The notes beneath the pieces are model-generated. The model was given only the letters and a program-made list of their open reading frames with translations, made no database searches and was not told the DNA's origin. A DNA stretch of 64,000 nucleotides, from assembly GCF_009914755.1 (NCBI RefSeq), contig NC_060948.1; one strand, given 5' to 3'. Made by a program: the position numbers and the translations under genes. Within the stretch, counting starts at the first letter, position 1. Each line of letters opens with the position of its first letter. This DNA comes from the human T2T-CHM13v2.0 reference genome, Homo sapiens. Positions 18,489 to 37,846 of the stretch are shown here, in pieces.

Positions 18489-20593
18489 AGATCCATATTT
18501 TTTAAATGAAAAAAAATTTCAAAGGTACTCTGCTTGGTACAATAATCAAATGTATAAACTGAGGAATAAAACATAACCATGAAACCTACTTATAACTGCA
18601 TATGGAAAATACAGAGGATAATTTTTTAAATAACATATTTTGAAAGCCTTAACTAGTAATTTGAAGAGCTGGCATTTGAAAGGCCAGTATGAATATACCT
18701 TCAAAGCAGCAACACAGGTTCCCCATGAGAAAAAGCAAACACAGGGAAAATAAAAACACAAAGGTTCAATCTCTTCTGACCTTTGAAAGACACAGCACAG
18801 ACAGTGGTCCTTAGGACGAAGAGCAGGAGACCCCTAATTCCGTCACCATGGCGATAGGGCATAAACATTGCTGGGTGAGGGCACAATCCACATTGTGAGG
18901 TGCAACTGCTGCCAGGAAGACAGGAGTGCTTTTACATAGACCGAAAGGTCATTGAAGGCTCAGAGTTTTGTTTCAAGAACTGAATCCCAAGCCCACACGT
19001 TATTAGGCTGCGCTTCTTAAAACAAGTTATGAGATGGGAAAAAGGGCACCCACAAACATACGTATACATTATGTATATAATAATATACAGTATCATATAT
19101 ATAATATATATAACCTATGTATAATATTGTTTTACATCCTGCATCTTATGTTATATATATTGTATAAAATATAATAATTGATAATATATAAGTTTTATAA
19201 TTATACAATATGACATATAGTATATATTATAATTTATGACATATATAATATATGTTATATGTCATATATAGAATATATTATACGGTTAATATACGTATTA
19301 AATATAAATTATACATTATATATATTATATATAATATATCTGTTATATATAATACCCATTATGCATAATATATATATTATGCCTATGTTATATATAGTAT
19401 AAAACAACATATAATAATATATAATTGTATATATAAAATGCGACATATAATATATATTATATTTTATATCATATGTAATATATATTATATATTATATATA
19501 ATACGTTGTATGTATAATACCTATATTAAATATATATTATATGACCATGTTATTAATTACATGTCACATGTGTTATATATTATATATTTTACATAGAATA
19601 TACCGGTTACATACAATAAATACTATGTTACCTATAATGTATAATTTATTACATGTAAAATAAAGAATGCAATATATTATGTATATTTTATAATATACCA
19701 TATGTGGAATGTGATATATATAACATATAATATATGATATATGATATACAGTATATGATATATAACATACAATAGATGATTCCTAATATATATGGTATAC
19801 AATATATATTTTATGATATGAATTCTATATGTTTTATATTCTGTTATATATAACTATTTGAAATTATATATAACTGTATAATATTTTATGTAAATATGTA
19901 ATATAATATATATAACTATATAATATATTATATATAACTATATATTATGTTATATATACTTTTATAACATAATTTACATAAAATATCATAATATAATATA
20001 TATTATATTATTTCATATTACATAATATATATTACATATCACCCAATATAACTAACAAACATAATATTATAATATAGATTATATTGTGTTATATTAAATA
20101 TCATATATATCATGTATCATATATTCTATAATATATATTACACATTATATAATATGTATGTTGTCTATTATGTGATATATATAACTATATATATAATTAT
20201 ATTTTTATACATATAACTAGATAAACATGTAATTCTACATATTTTCATTTATAATATGTAGAATTATATAATCATATATAATTATTTATATTCTATAAAA
20301 AATTTTATCATTATATAAATTATAATATATAAAAATTATAATATGTACTATAAATATATATATTATATATCATATATGATATAGTACCTTTGTTATATAT
20401 CATAATACATATAAATGTGTATTATGTTATCTATAATTATATAATTTCATATATAAGATGTATAATATGTATCATATATTATATATGTTATGTAATATAT
20501 ATAGTATATATAAGATGACACAGGATAAATATTATATACTATGACATATAAAATATATCAGGTTATATGTTACATATAAGGCATAGCACATAA

Positions 20594-20908
<315 letters not shown>

Positions 20909-23013
20909 AGATCCATATTTTTTAAATGAAAAAAAATTTCGAAGGTACTCTGCTTGGTACAATAATCAAATGTATAAACTGAGGAATAAAACATAACCAT
21001 GAAACCTACTTCTAACTGCATGTGGAAAATACAGAGGATAATTTTTTAAATAACATATTTTGAAAGCCTTAACTAGTAATTTGAAGAGCTGGCATTTGAA
21101 AGGCCAGTATGAATATACCTTCAAAGCAGCAACACAGGTTCCCCATGAGAAAAAGCAAACACAGGGAAAATAAAAAAACAAAGGTTCAATCTCTTCTGAC
21201 CTTTGAAAGACACAGCACAGACAGTGGTCCTTAGGACGAAGAGCAGGAGACCCCTAATTCCGTCACCATGGCGATAGGGCATAAACATTGCTGGGTGAGG
21301 GCACAATCCACATTGTGAGGTCCAACTGCTGCCAGGAAGACAGGAGTGCTTTTACATAGACCGAAAGGTCATTGAAGGCTCAGAGTTTTGTTTCAAGAAC
21401 TGAATCCCAAGCCCACACGTTATTAGGCTGCGCTTCTTAAAACAAGTTATGAGATGGGAAAAAGGGCACCCACAAACATACGTATACATTATGTATATAA
21501 TAATATACAGTGTCATATATATAATATATATAACCTATGTATAATATTGTTTTACATCCTGCATCTTATGTTATATATATTGTATAAAATATAATAATTG
21601 ATAATATATAAGTTTTATAATTATACAATATGACATATAGTATATATTATAATTTATGACATATATAATATATGTTATATGTCATATATAGAATATATTA
21701 TACGGTTAATATACGTATTAAATATAAATTATACTTTATATATATTATATATAATATATCTGTTATATATAATGCCCATTATGCATAATATATATATTAT
21801 GCCTATGTTATATATAGTATAAAACAACATATAATAATATATAATTGTATATATAAAATGCGACATATAATATATATTATATTTTATATCATATGTAATA
21901 TATATTATATATTATATATAATACGTTGTATGTATAATACCTATATTAAATATATATTATATGACTATGTTATTAATTACATGTCACATGTGTTATATAT
22001 TATATATTTTACATAGAATATACCGGTTACATACAATATATACTATGTTACCTATAATGTATAATTTATTACATGTAAAATAAAGAATGCAATATATTAT
22101 GTATAATTTATAATATACCATATGTGGAATGTGATATATATAACATATAATATATGATATATGATATACAGTATATGATATATAACATACAATATATGAT
22201 TCCTAATATATTTGGTATACAATATATATTTTATGATATGTATTCTATATGTTTTATATTCTGTTATATATAACTATTTGAAATTATATATAACTGTATA
22301 ATATTTTATGTAAATATGTAATATAATATATATAACTATATAATATATTATATATAACTATATATTATGTTATATATACTTTTATAACATAATTTACATA
22401 AAATATCATAATACAATATATATTATATTATTTCATATTACATAATATATATTACATATCACCCAATATAACTAACATAGATAATATTATAATATAGATT
22501 ATATTATGTTATATTAAATATCATATATATCATGTATCATATATTCTATAATATATATAACACATTATATAATATGTATGTTGTCTATTATGTGATATAT
22601 ATAACTCTATATATAATTATATTTTTATACATATAACTAGATAAACATGTAATTCTACATATTTTCATTTATAATATGTAGAATTATATAATCATATATA
22701 ATTATTTATATTCTATAAAAAATTTTATCATTATATAAATTATAATATATAAAAATTATAATATGTACTACAAATATATATATTATATATCATATATGAT
22801 ATAGTACCTTTGTTATATATCATAATACATATAAATGTGTATTATGTTATCTATAATTATATAATTTCATATATAAGATGTATAATATGTATCATATATT
22901 ATATATGTTATGTAATATATATAGTATATATAAGATGACACAGGATAAATATTATATACTATGACATATAAAATATATGAGGTTATATGTTACATATAAG
23001 GCATAGCACATAA

Positions 23014-23328
<315 letters not shown>

Positions 23329-25431
23329 AGATCCATATTTTTTAAATGAAAAAAAATTTCGAAGGTACTCTGCTTGGTACAATAATCAAATGTATAAACT
23401 GAGGAATAAAACATAACCATGAAACCTACTTATAACTGCATATGGAAAATACAGAGGATAATTTTTTAAATAACATATTTTGAAAGCCTTAACTAGTAAT
23501 TTGAAGAGCTGGCATTTGAAAGGCCAGTATGAATATACCTTCAAAGCAGCAACACAGGTTCCCCATGAGAAAAAGCAAACACAGGGAAAATAAAAACACA
23601 AAGGTTCAATCTCTTCTGACCTTTGAAAGACACAGCACAGACAGTGGTCCTTAGGACGAAGAGCAGGAGACCCCTAATTCCGTCACCATGGCGATAGGGC
23701 ATAAACATTGCTGGGTGAGGGCACAATCCACATTGTGAGGTCCAACTGCTGCCAGGAAGACAGGAGTGCTTTTACATAGACCGAAAGGTCATTGAAGGCT
23801 CAGAGTTTTGTTTCAAGAACTGAATCCCAAGCCCACACGTTATTAGGCTGCGCTTCTTAAAACAAGTTATGAGATGGGAAAAAGGGCACCCACAAACATA
23901 CGTATACATTAGGTATATAATAATATACAGTATCATATATATAATATATATAACCTATGTATAATATTGTTTTACATCCTGCATCTTGTTATATATATTG
24001 TATAAAATATAATAATTGATAATATATAAGTTTTATAATTATACAATATGACATATAGTATATATTATAATTTATGACATATATAATATATGTTATATGT
24101 CATATATAGAATATATTAAACGGTTAATATACGTATTAAATATAAATTATACATTATATATATTATATATAATATATCTGTTATATATAATACCCATTAT
24201 GCATAATATATATATTATGTCTATGTTATATATAGTATAAAACAACATATAATAATATATAATTGTATATATAAAATGCGACATATAATATATATTATAT
24301 TTTATATCATATGTAATATATATTATATATTATATATAATACGTTGTATGTATAATACCTATATTAAATATATATTATATGACTATGTTATTAATTACAT
24401 GTCACATGTGTTATATATTATATATTTTACATAGAATATACCGGTTACATACAATATATACTATGTTACCTATAATGTATAATTTATTACATGTAAAATA
24501 AAGAATGCAATATATTATGTATAATTTATAATATACCATATGTGGAATGTGATATATATAACATATAATATATGATATATGATATACAGTATATGATATA
24601 TAACATACAATATATGATTCCTAATATATTTGGTATACAATATATATTTTATGATATGTATTCTATATGTTTTATATTCTGTTATATATAACTATTTGAA
24701 ATTATATATAACTGTATAATATTTTATGTAAATATGTAATATAATATATATAACTATATAATATATTATATATAACTATATATTATGTTATATATACTTT
24801 TATAACATAATTTACATAAAATATCATAATACAATATATATTATATTATTTCATATTACATAATATATATTTCATATCACCCAATATAACTAACATAGAT
24901 AATATTATAATATAGATTATATTATGTTATATTAAATATCATATATATCATGTATCATATATTCTATAATATATATAACACATTATATAATATGTATGTT
25001 GTCTATTATGTGATATATATAACTATATATATAATTATATTTTTATACATATAACTAGATAAACATGTAATTCTACATATTTTCATTTATAATATGTAGA
25101 ATTATATAATCATATATAATTATTTATATTCTATAAAAAATTTTATCATTATATAAATTATAATATATAAAAATTATAATATGTACTACAAATATATATA
25201 TTATATATCATATATGATATAGTACCTTTGTTATATATCATAATACATATAAATGTGTATTATGTTATCTATAATTATATAATTTCATATATAAGATGTA
25301 TAATATGTATCATATATTATATATGTTATGTAATATATATAGTATATATAAGATGACACAGGATAAATATTATATACTATGACATATAAAATATATGAGG
25401 TTATATGTTACATATAAGGCATAGCACATAA

Positions 25432-25746
<315 letters not shown>

Positions 25747-27853
25747 AGATCCATATTTTTTAAATGAAAAAAAATTTCGAAGGTACTCTGCTTGGTACAA
25801 TAATCAAATGTATAAACTGAGGAATAAAACATAACCATGAAACCTACTTATAACTGCATATGGAAAATACAGAGGATAATTTTTTAAATAACATATTTTG
25901 AAAGCCTTAACTAGTAATTTGAAGAGCTGGCATTTGAAAGGCCAGTATGAATATACCTTCAAAGCAGCAACACAGGTTCCCCATGAGAAAAAGCAAACAC
26001 AGGGAAAATAAAAACACAAAGGTTCAATCTCTTCTGACCTTTGAAAGACACAGCACAGACAGTGGTCCTTAGGACGAAGAGCAGGAGACCCCTAATTCCG
26101 TCACCATGGCGATAGGGCATAAACATTGCTGGGTGAGGGCACAATCCACATTGTGAGGTCCAACTGCTGCCAGGAAGACAGGAGTGCTTTTACATAGACC
26201 GAAAGGTCATTGAAGGCTCAGAGTTTTGTTTCAAGAACTGAATCCCAAGCCCACACGTTATTAGGCTGCGCTTCTTAAAACAAGTTATGAGATGGGAAAA
26301 AGGGCACCCACAAACATACGTATACATTATGTATATAATAATATACAGTATCATATATATAATATATATAACCTATGTATAATATTGTTTTACATCCTGC
26401 ATCTTATGTTATATATATTGTATAAAATATAATAATTGATAATATATAAGTTTTATAATTATACAATATGACATATAGTATATATTATAATTTATGACAT
26501 ATATAATATATGTTATATGTCATATATAGAATATATTATACGGTTAATATACGTATTAAATATAAATTATACATTATATATATTATATATAATATATCTG
26601 TTATGTATAATGCCCATTATGCATAATATATATATTATGTCTATGTTATATATAGTATAAAACAACATATAATAATATATAATTGTATATATAAAATGCG
26701 ACATATAATATATATTATATTTTATAACATATGTAATATATATTATATATTATATATAATACGTTGTATGTATAATACCTATATTAAATATATATTATAT
26801 GAATATGTTATTAATTACATGTCACATGTGTTATATATTATATATTTTACATAGAATATACCGGTTACATACAATATATACTATGTTACCTATAATGAAT
26901 AATTTATTACATGTAAAATAAAGAATGCAATATATTATGTATAATTTATAATATACCATATGTGGAATGTGATATATATAACATATAATATATGATATAT
27001 GATATACAGTATATGATATATAACATACAATATATGATTCCTAATATATATGGTATACAATATATATTTTATGATATGTATTCTATATGTTTTATATTCT
27101 GTTATATATAACTATTTGAAATTATATATAACTGTATAATATTTTATGTAAATATGTAATATAATATATATAACTATATAATATATTATATATAACTATA
27201 TATTATGTTATATATACTTTTATAACATAATTTACATAAAATATCATAATATAGTATATATTATATTATTTCATATTACATAATATATATTACATATCAC
27301 CGAATATAACTAACATACATAATATTATAATATAGATTATATTGTGTTATATTAAATATCATATATATCATGTATCATATATTCTATAATATATATTACA
27401 CATTATATAATATGTATGTTGTCTATTATGTGATATATATAACTATATATATAATTATATTTTTATACATATAACTAGATAAACATGTAATTCTACATAT
27501 TTTCATTTATAATATGTAGAATTATATAATCATATATAATTATTTATATTCTATAAAAAATTTTATCATTATATAAATTATAATATATAAAAATTATAAT
27601 ATGTACTACAAATATATATATATTATATATCATATATGATATAGTACCTTTGTTATATATCATAATACATATAAATGTGTATTATGTTATCTATAATTAT
27701 ATAATTTCATATATAAGATGTATAATATGTATCATATATTATATATGTTATGTAATATATATAGTATATATAAGATGACACAGGATAAATATTATATACT
27801 ATGACATATAAAATATATGAGGTTATATGTTACATATAAGGCATAGCACATAA

Positions 27854-28168
<315 letters not shown>

Positions 28169-30275
28169 AGATCCATATTTTTTAAATGAAAAAAAATTTC
28201 AAAGGTACTCTGCTTGGTACAATAATCAAATGTATAAACTGAGGAATAAAACATAACCATGAAACCTACTTCTAACTGCATATGGAAAATACAGAGGATA
28301 ATTTTTTAAATAACATATTTTGAAAGCCTTAACTAGTAATTTGAAGAGTTGGCATTTGAAAGGCCAGTATGAATATACCTTCAAAGCAGCAACACAGGTT
28401 CCCCATGAGAAAAAGCAAGCACAGGGAAAACAAAAACACAAAGGTTCAATCACTTCTGACCTTTGAAAGACACAGCACAGACAGTGGTCCTTAGGACGAA
28501 GAGCAGGAGACCCCGAATTCCGTCACCATGGCGATAGGGCATAAACATTGCTGGGTGAGGGCACAATCCACATTGTGAGGTCCAACTGCTGCCAGGAAGA
28601 CAGGAGTGCTTTTACATAGACCGAAAGGTCATTGAAGGCTCAGAGTTTTGTTTCAAGAACTGAATCCCAAGCCCACACGTTATTAGGCTGCGCTTCTTAA
28701 AACAAGTTATGAGATGGGAAAAAGGGCACCCACAAACATATGTATACATTATGTATATAATAATATACAGTATCATATATATAATATATATAACCTATGT
28801 ATAATACTGTTTTACATCCTGCATCTTATGTTATATATATTGTATAAAATATAATAATTGATAATATATAAGTTTTATAATTATACAATATGACATATAG
28901 TATATATTATAATTTATGACATATATAATATATGTTATATGTCATATATAGAATATATTATACGGTTAATATACGTATTAAATATAAATTATACATTATA
29001 TATATTATATATAATATATCTGTTATGTATAATGCCCATTATGCATAATATATATATTATGTCTATGTTATATATAGTATAAAACAACATATAATAATAT
29101 ATAATTGTATATATAAAATGCGACATATAATATATATTATATTTTATAACATATGTAATATATATTATATATTATATATAATACGTTGTATGTATAATAC
29201 CTATATTAAATATATATTATATAAATATGTTATTAATTACATGTCACATGTGTTATATATTATATATTTTACATAGAATATACCGGTTACATACAATATA
29301 TACTATGTTACCTATAATGTATAATTTATTACATGTAAAATAAAGAATGCAATATATTATGTATAATTTATAATATACCATATGTGGAATGTGATATATA
29401 TAACATATAATATATGATATATGATATACAGTATATGATATATAACATACAATATATGATTCCTAATATATATGGTATACAATATATATTTTATGATATG
29501 TATTCTATATGTTTTATATTCTGTTATATATAACTATTTGAAATTATATATAACTGTATAATATTTTATGTAAATATGTAATATAATATATATAACTATA
29601 TAATATATTATATATAACTATATATTATGTTATATATACTTTTATAACATAATTTACATAAAATATCATAATATAGTATATATTATATTATTTCATATTA
29701 CATAATATATATTACATATCACCGAATATAACTAACATACATAATATTATAATATAGATTATATTGTGTTATATTAAATATCATATATATCATGTATCAT
29801 ATATTCTATAATATATATTACACATTATATAATATGTATGTTGTCTATTATGTGATATATATAACTATATATATAATTATATTTTTATACATATAACTAG
29901 ATAAACATGTAATTCTACATATTTTCATTTATAATATGTAGAATTATATAATCATATATAATTATTTATATTCTATAAAAAATTTTATCATTATATAAAT
30001 TATAATATATAAAAATTATAATATGTACTACAAATATATATATATTATATATCATATATGATATAGTACCTTTGTTATATATCATAATACATATAAATGT
30101 GTATTATGTTATCTATAATTATATAATTTCATATATAAGATGTATAATATGTATCATATATTATATATGTTATGTAATATATATAGTATATATAAGATGA
30201 CACAGGATAAATATTATATACTATGACATATAAAATATATGAGGTTATATGTTACATATAAGGCATAGCACATAA

Positions 30276-30590
<315 letters not shown>

Positions 30591-32720
30591 AGATCCATAT
30601 TTTTTAAATGAAAAAAAATTTCAAAGGTACTCTGCTTGGTACAATAATCAAATGTATAAACTGAGGAATAAAACATAACCATGAAACCTACTTATAACTG
30701 CATATGGAAAATACAGAGAATAATTTTTTAAATAACATATTTTGAAAGCCTTAACTAGTAATTTGAAGAGTTGGCATTTGAAAGGCCAGTATGAATATAC
30801 CTTCAAAGCAGCAACACAGGTTCCCCATGAGAAAAAGCAAACACAGGGAAAACAAAAACACAAAGGTTCAATCTCTTCTGACCTTTGAAAGACACAGCAC
30901 AGACAGTGGTCCTTAGGATGAAGAGCAGGAGACCCCGAATTCCGTCACTATGGCGATAGGGCATAAACATTGTTGGGTGAGGGCACAATCCACATTGTGA
31001 GGTCCAACTGCTGCCAGGAAGACAGGAGTGCTTTTACATAGACCTAAAGGTCATTGAAGGCTCAGAGTTTTGTTTCAAGAAATGAATCCCAAGCCCACAC
31101 GTTATTAGGCTGCGCTTCTTAAAACAAGTTATGAGATGGGAAAAAGGGCACCCACAAACATACGTATACATTATGTATATAATAATATACAGTATCATAT
31201 ATATAATATATATAACCTATGTATAATACTGTTTTACATCCTGCATCTTATGTTATATATATTGTATAAAATATAATAATTGATAATATATAAGTTTTAT
31301 AATTATACAATATGACATATAGTATATATTATAATTTATGACATATATAATATATGTTATATGTCATATATAGAATATATTATACGGTTAATATACGTAT
31401 TAAATATAAATTATACATTATATATATTATATATAATATATCTGTTATATATAATACCCATTATGCATAATATATATATTATGTCTATATTATATATAGT
31501 ATAAAACAACATATAATAATATATAATTGTATATATAAAATGCGACATATAATATATATTATATTTTATAACATATGTAATATATATTATATATTATATA
31601 TAATACGTTGTATGTATAATACCTATATTAAATATATATTATATGACTATGTTATTAATTACATGTCACATGTGTTATATATTATATATTTTACATAGAA
31701 TATACCGGTTACATACAATATATACTATGTTACCTATAATGTATAATTTATTACATGTAAAATAAAGAATGCAATATATTATGTATAATTTATAATATAC
31801 AATATGTGGAATGTGATATATATAACATATAATATATGATATATGATATACAGTATATGATATATAACATACAATATATGATTCCTAATGTATATGGTAT
31901 ACAATATATATTTTATGATATGTATTCTATATGTTTTATATTCTGTTATATATAACTATTTGAAATTATATATAACTGTATAATATTTTATGTAAATATG
32001 TAATATAATATATATAACTATATAATATATTATATATAACTATATATTATGTTATATATACTTTTATAACATAATTTACATAAAATATCATAATATAATA
32101 TATATTATATTATTTCATATTACATAATATATATTACATATCACCCAATATAACTAACATACATAATATTATAATATAGATTATATTGTGTTATATTAAA
32201 TATCATATATATCATGTATCATATATTCAATAATATATATTACACATTATATAATATGTATGTTGTCTATTATGTGATATATATAACTCTATATATAATT
32301 ATATTTTTATACATATAACTAGATAAACATGTAATTCTACATATTTTCATTTATAATATGTAGAATTATATAATCATATATAATTATTTATATTCTATAA
32401 AAAATTTTATCATTATATAAATTATAATATATAAAAATTATAATATGTACTACAAATATATATATATTATATATCATATATGATATAGTACCTTTGTTAT
32501 ATATCATAATACATATAAATATGTATTATGTTATCTATAATTATATAATTTCATATATAAGATGTATAATATGTATCATATATTATATAAGTTATGTAAT
32601 ATATAAAGTATATATAAGATGACACAGGATAAATATTATATACTATGACATATAAAATATATGAGGTTATATGTTACATATAAGGCATAGCACATAACAT
32701 GTAATATATATCATATATAA

Positions 32721-33012
32721 TTTTTTTTTAGACAGAATCTTGTCCTGTTGCACAGGGTTGGGTACAATGGCGCCATCTTTGCTCACTGCAACTTCTGCCT
32801 CACGGGTCCAAGCGATTGTCCTCCCTCAGCCTCCCAGGTAGCTGGGACTACACCACACTGGGACTACACCAGCTGCCACCATGCCTAGCTAATTTTTTGG
32901 ATTTTTAGTAGTGACAGCGTTTCACTGTATTGGCCAGTTTGGTCTTGATCTCTTCAACTTGTGATCCCCTTGCCTTGGCCTCCAAATTTGCTGGGATTAC
33001 AGGCCTGAGCCA
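32721..33012 (-). mobile_element. Alu copy 14
   Basis: As copy 1 with several private substitutions. Confidence 0.95.
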
Positions 33013-35111
33013 AGATCCATATTTTTTAAATGAAAAAAAATTTCAAAGGTACTCTGCTTGGTACAATAATCAAATGTATAAACTGAGGAATAAAACATAA
33101 CCATGAAACCTACTTATAACTGCATATGGAAAATACAGAGGATAATTTTTTAAATAACATATTTTGAAAGCCTTAACTAGTAATTTGAAGAGTTGCCATT
33201 TGAAAGGCCAGTATGAATATACCTTCAAAGCAGCAACACAGGTTCCCCATGAGAAAAAGCAAACACAGGGAAAATAAAAACACAAAGGTTCAATCTCTTC
33301 TGACCTTTGAAAGACACAGCACAGACAGTGGTCCTTAGGACGAAGAGCAGGAGACCCCTAATTCCGTCACCATGGCGATAGGGCATAAACATTGCTGGGT
33401 GAGGGCACAATCCACATTGTGAGGTCCAACTGCTGCCAGGAAGACAGGAGTGCTTTTACATAGACCGAAAGGTCATTGAAGGCTCAGAGTTTTGTTTCAA
33501 GAACTGAATCCCAAGCCCACACGTTATTAGGCTGCGCTTCTTAAAACAAGTTATGAGATGGGAAAAAGGGCACCCACAAACATACGTATACATTATGTAT
33601 ATAATAATATACAGTATCATATATATAATATATATAACCTATGTATAATATTGTTTTACATCCTGCATCTTATGTTATATATATTGTATAAAATATAATA
33701 ATTGATAATATATGTTTTATAATTATACAATATGACATATAGTATATATTATAATTTATGACATATATAATATATGTTATATGTCATATATAGAATATAT
33801 TATACGGTTAATATACGTATTAAATATAAATTATACATTATATATATTATATATAATATATCTGTTATATATAATACCCTTTATGCATAAAATATATATT
33901 ATGTCTATGTTATATATAGTATAAAACAACATATAATAATATATAATTGTATATATAAAATGCGACATATAATATATATTATATTTTATAACATATGTAA
34001 TATATATTATATATTATATATAATACGTTGTATGTATAATACCTGTATTAAATATATATTATATGACTATGTTATTAATTACATGTCACATGTGTTATAT
34101 ATTATATATTTTGCATAGAATATACCGGTTACATACAATATATACTATGTTACCTATAATGTATAATTTATTACATGTAAAATAAAGAATGCAATATATT
34201 ATGTATAATTTATAATATACCATATGTGGAATGTGATATATATAACATATAATATATGATATATGATATACAGTATATGATATATAACATACAATATATG
34301 ATTCCTAATATATATGGTATACAATATATATTTTATGATATGTATTCTATATGTTTTATATTCTGTTATATATAACTATTTGAAATTATATATAACTGTA
34401 TAATATTTTATGTAAATATGTAATATAATATATATAACTATATAATATATTATATATAACTATATATTATGTTATATATACTTTTATAACATAATTTACA
34501 TAAAATATCATAATATAATATATATTATATTATTTCATATTACATAATATATATTACATATCACCCAATATAACTAACATACATAATATTATAATATAGA
34601 TTATATTGTGTTATATTAAATATCATATATATCATGTATCATATATTCTATAATATATATTACACATTATATAATATGTATGTTGTCTATTATGTGATAT
34701 ATATAACTATATATATAATTATATTTTTATACATATAACTAGATAAACTTGTAATTCTACATATTTTCATTTATAATATGTAGAATTATATAATCATATA
34801 TAATTATATTCTATAAAAAATTTTATCATTATATAAATTATAATATATAAAAATTATAATATGTACTACAAATATATATATTATATATCATATATGATAT
34901 AGTACCTTTGTTATATATCATAATACATATAAATGTGTATTATGTTATCTATAATTATATAATTTCATATATAAGATGTATAATATGTATCATATATTAT
35001 ATATGTTATGTAATATATATAGTATATATAAGATGACACAGGATAAATATTATATACTATGACATATAAAATATATGAGGTTATATGTTACATATAAGGC
35101 ATAGCACATAA

Positions 35112-35426
<315 letters not shown>

Positions 35427-37531
35427 AGATCCATATTTTTTAAATGAAAAAAAATTTCAAAGGTACTCTGCTTGGTACAATAATCAAATGTATAAACTGA
35501 GGAATAAAACATAACCATGAAACCTACTTATAACTGCATATGGAAAATACAGAGGATAATTTTTTAAATAACATATTTTGAAAGCCTTAACTAGTAATTT
35601 GAAGAGTTGGCATTTGAAAGGCCAGTATGAATATACCTTCAAAGCAGCAACACAGGTTCCCCATGAGAAAAAGCAAACACAGGGAAAACAAAAACACAAA
35701 GGTTCAATCTCTTCTGACCTTTGAAAGACACAGCACAGACAGTGGTCCTTAGGACGAAGAGCAGGAGACCCCTAATTCCGTCACCATGGCGATAGGGCAT
35801 AAACATTGCTGGGTGAGGGCACAATCCACATTGTGAGGTCCAACTGCTGCCAGGAAGACAGGAGTGCTTTTACATAGACCGAAAGGTCATTGAAGGCTCA
35901 GAGTTTTGTTTCAAGAACTGAATCCCAAGCCCACACGTTATTAGGCTGCGCTTCTTAAAACAAGTTATGAGATGGGAAAAAGGGCACCCACAAACATACG
36001 TATACATTATGTATATAATAATATACAGTATGATATATATAATATATATAACCTATGTATAATATTGTTTTACATCCTGCATCTTATGTTATATGTATTT
36101 TATAAAATATAATAATTGATAATATATAAGTTTTATAATTATACAATATGACATATAGTATATATTATAATTTATGACATATATAATATATGTTATATGT
36201 CATATATAGAATATATTATACGGTTAATATACGTATTAAATATAAATTATACATTATATATATTATATATAATATATCTGTTATATATAATACCCATTAT
36301 GCATAATATATATATTATGTCTATGTTATATATAGTATAAAACAACATATAATAATATATAATTGTATATATAAAATGCGACATAGAATATATATTATAT
36401 TTTATAACATATGTAATATATATTATATATTATATATAATACGTTGTATGTATAATACCTATATTAAATATATATTATATGACTATGTTATTAATTACAT
36501 GTCACATGTGTTATATATTATATATTTTACATAGAATATACCGGTTACATACAATATATACTATGTTACCTATAATGTATAATTTATTACATGTAAAATA
36601 AATAATGCAATATATTATGTATAATTTATAATATACCATATGTGGAATGTGATATATATAACATATAATATATGATATATGATATACAGTATATGATATA
36701 TAACATACAATATATGATTCCTAATATATATGGTATACAATATATATTTTATGATAAGTATTCTATATGTTTTATATTCTGTTATATATAACTATTTGAA
36801 ATTATATATAACTGTATAATATTTTATGTAAATATGTAATATAATATATATAACTATATAATATATTATATATAACTATATATTATGTTATATATACTTT
36901 TATAACATAATTTACATAAAATATCATAATATAATATATATTATATTATTTCATATTACATAATATATATTACATATCACCCAGTATAACTAACATACAT
37001 AATATTATAATATAGATTATATTCTGTTATATTAAATATCATATATATCATGTATCATATATTCTATAATATATATTACACATTATATAATATGTATGTT
37101 ATCTATTATGTGATATATATAACTATATATATAATTATATTTTTATACATATAACTAGATAAACATGTAATTCTACATATTTTCATTTATAATATGTAGA
37201 ATTATATAATCATATATAATTATTTATATTCTATAAAAAATTTTATCATTATATAAATTATAATATATAAAAATTATAATATGTACTACAAATATATATA
37301 TTATATATCATATATGATATAGTACCTTTGTTATATATCATAATACATATAAATGTGTATTATGTTATCTATAATTATATAATTTCATATATAAGATGTA
37401 TAATATGTATCATATATTATATATGTTATGTAATATATATAGTATATATAAGATGACACAGGATAAATATTATATACTATGACATATAAAATATATGAGG
37501 TTATATGTTACATATAAGGCATAGCACATAA

Positions 37532-37846
<315 letters not shown>

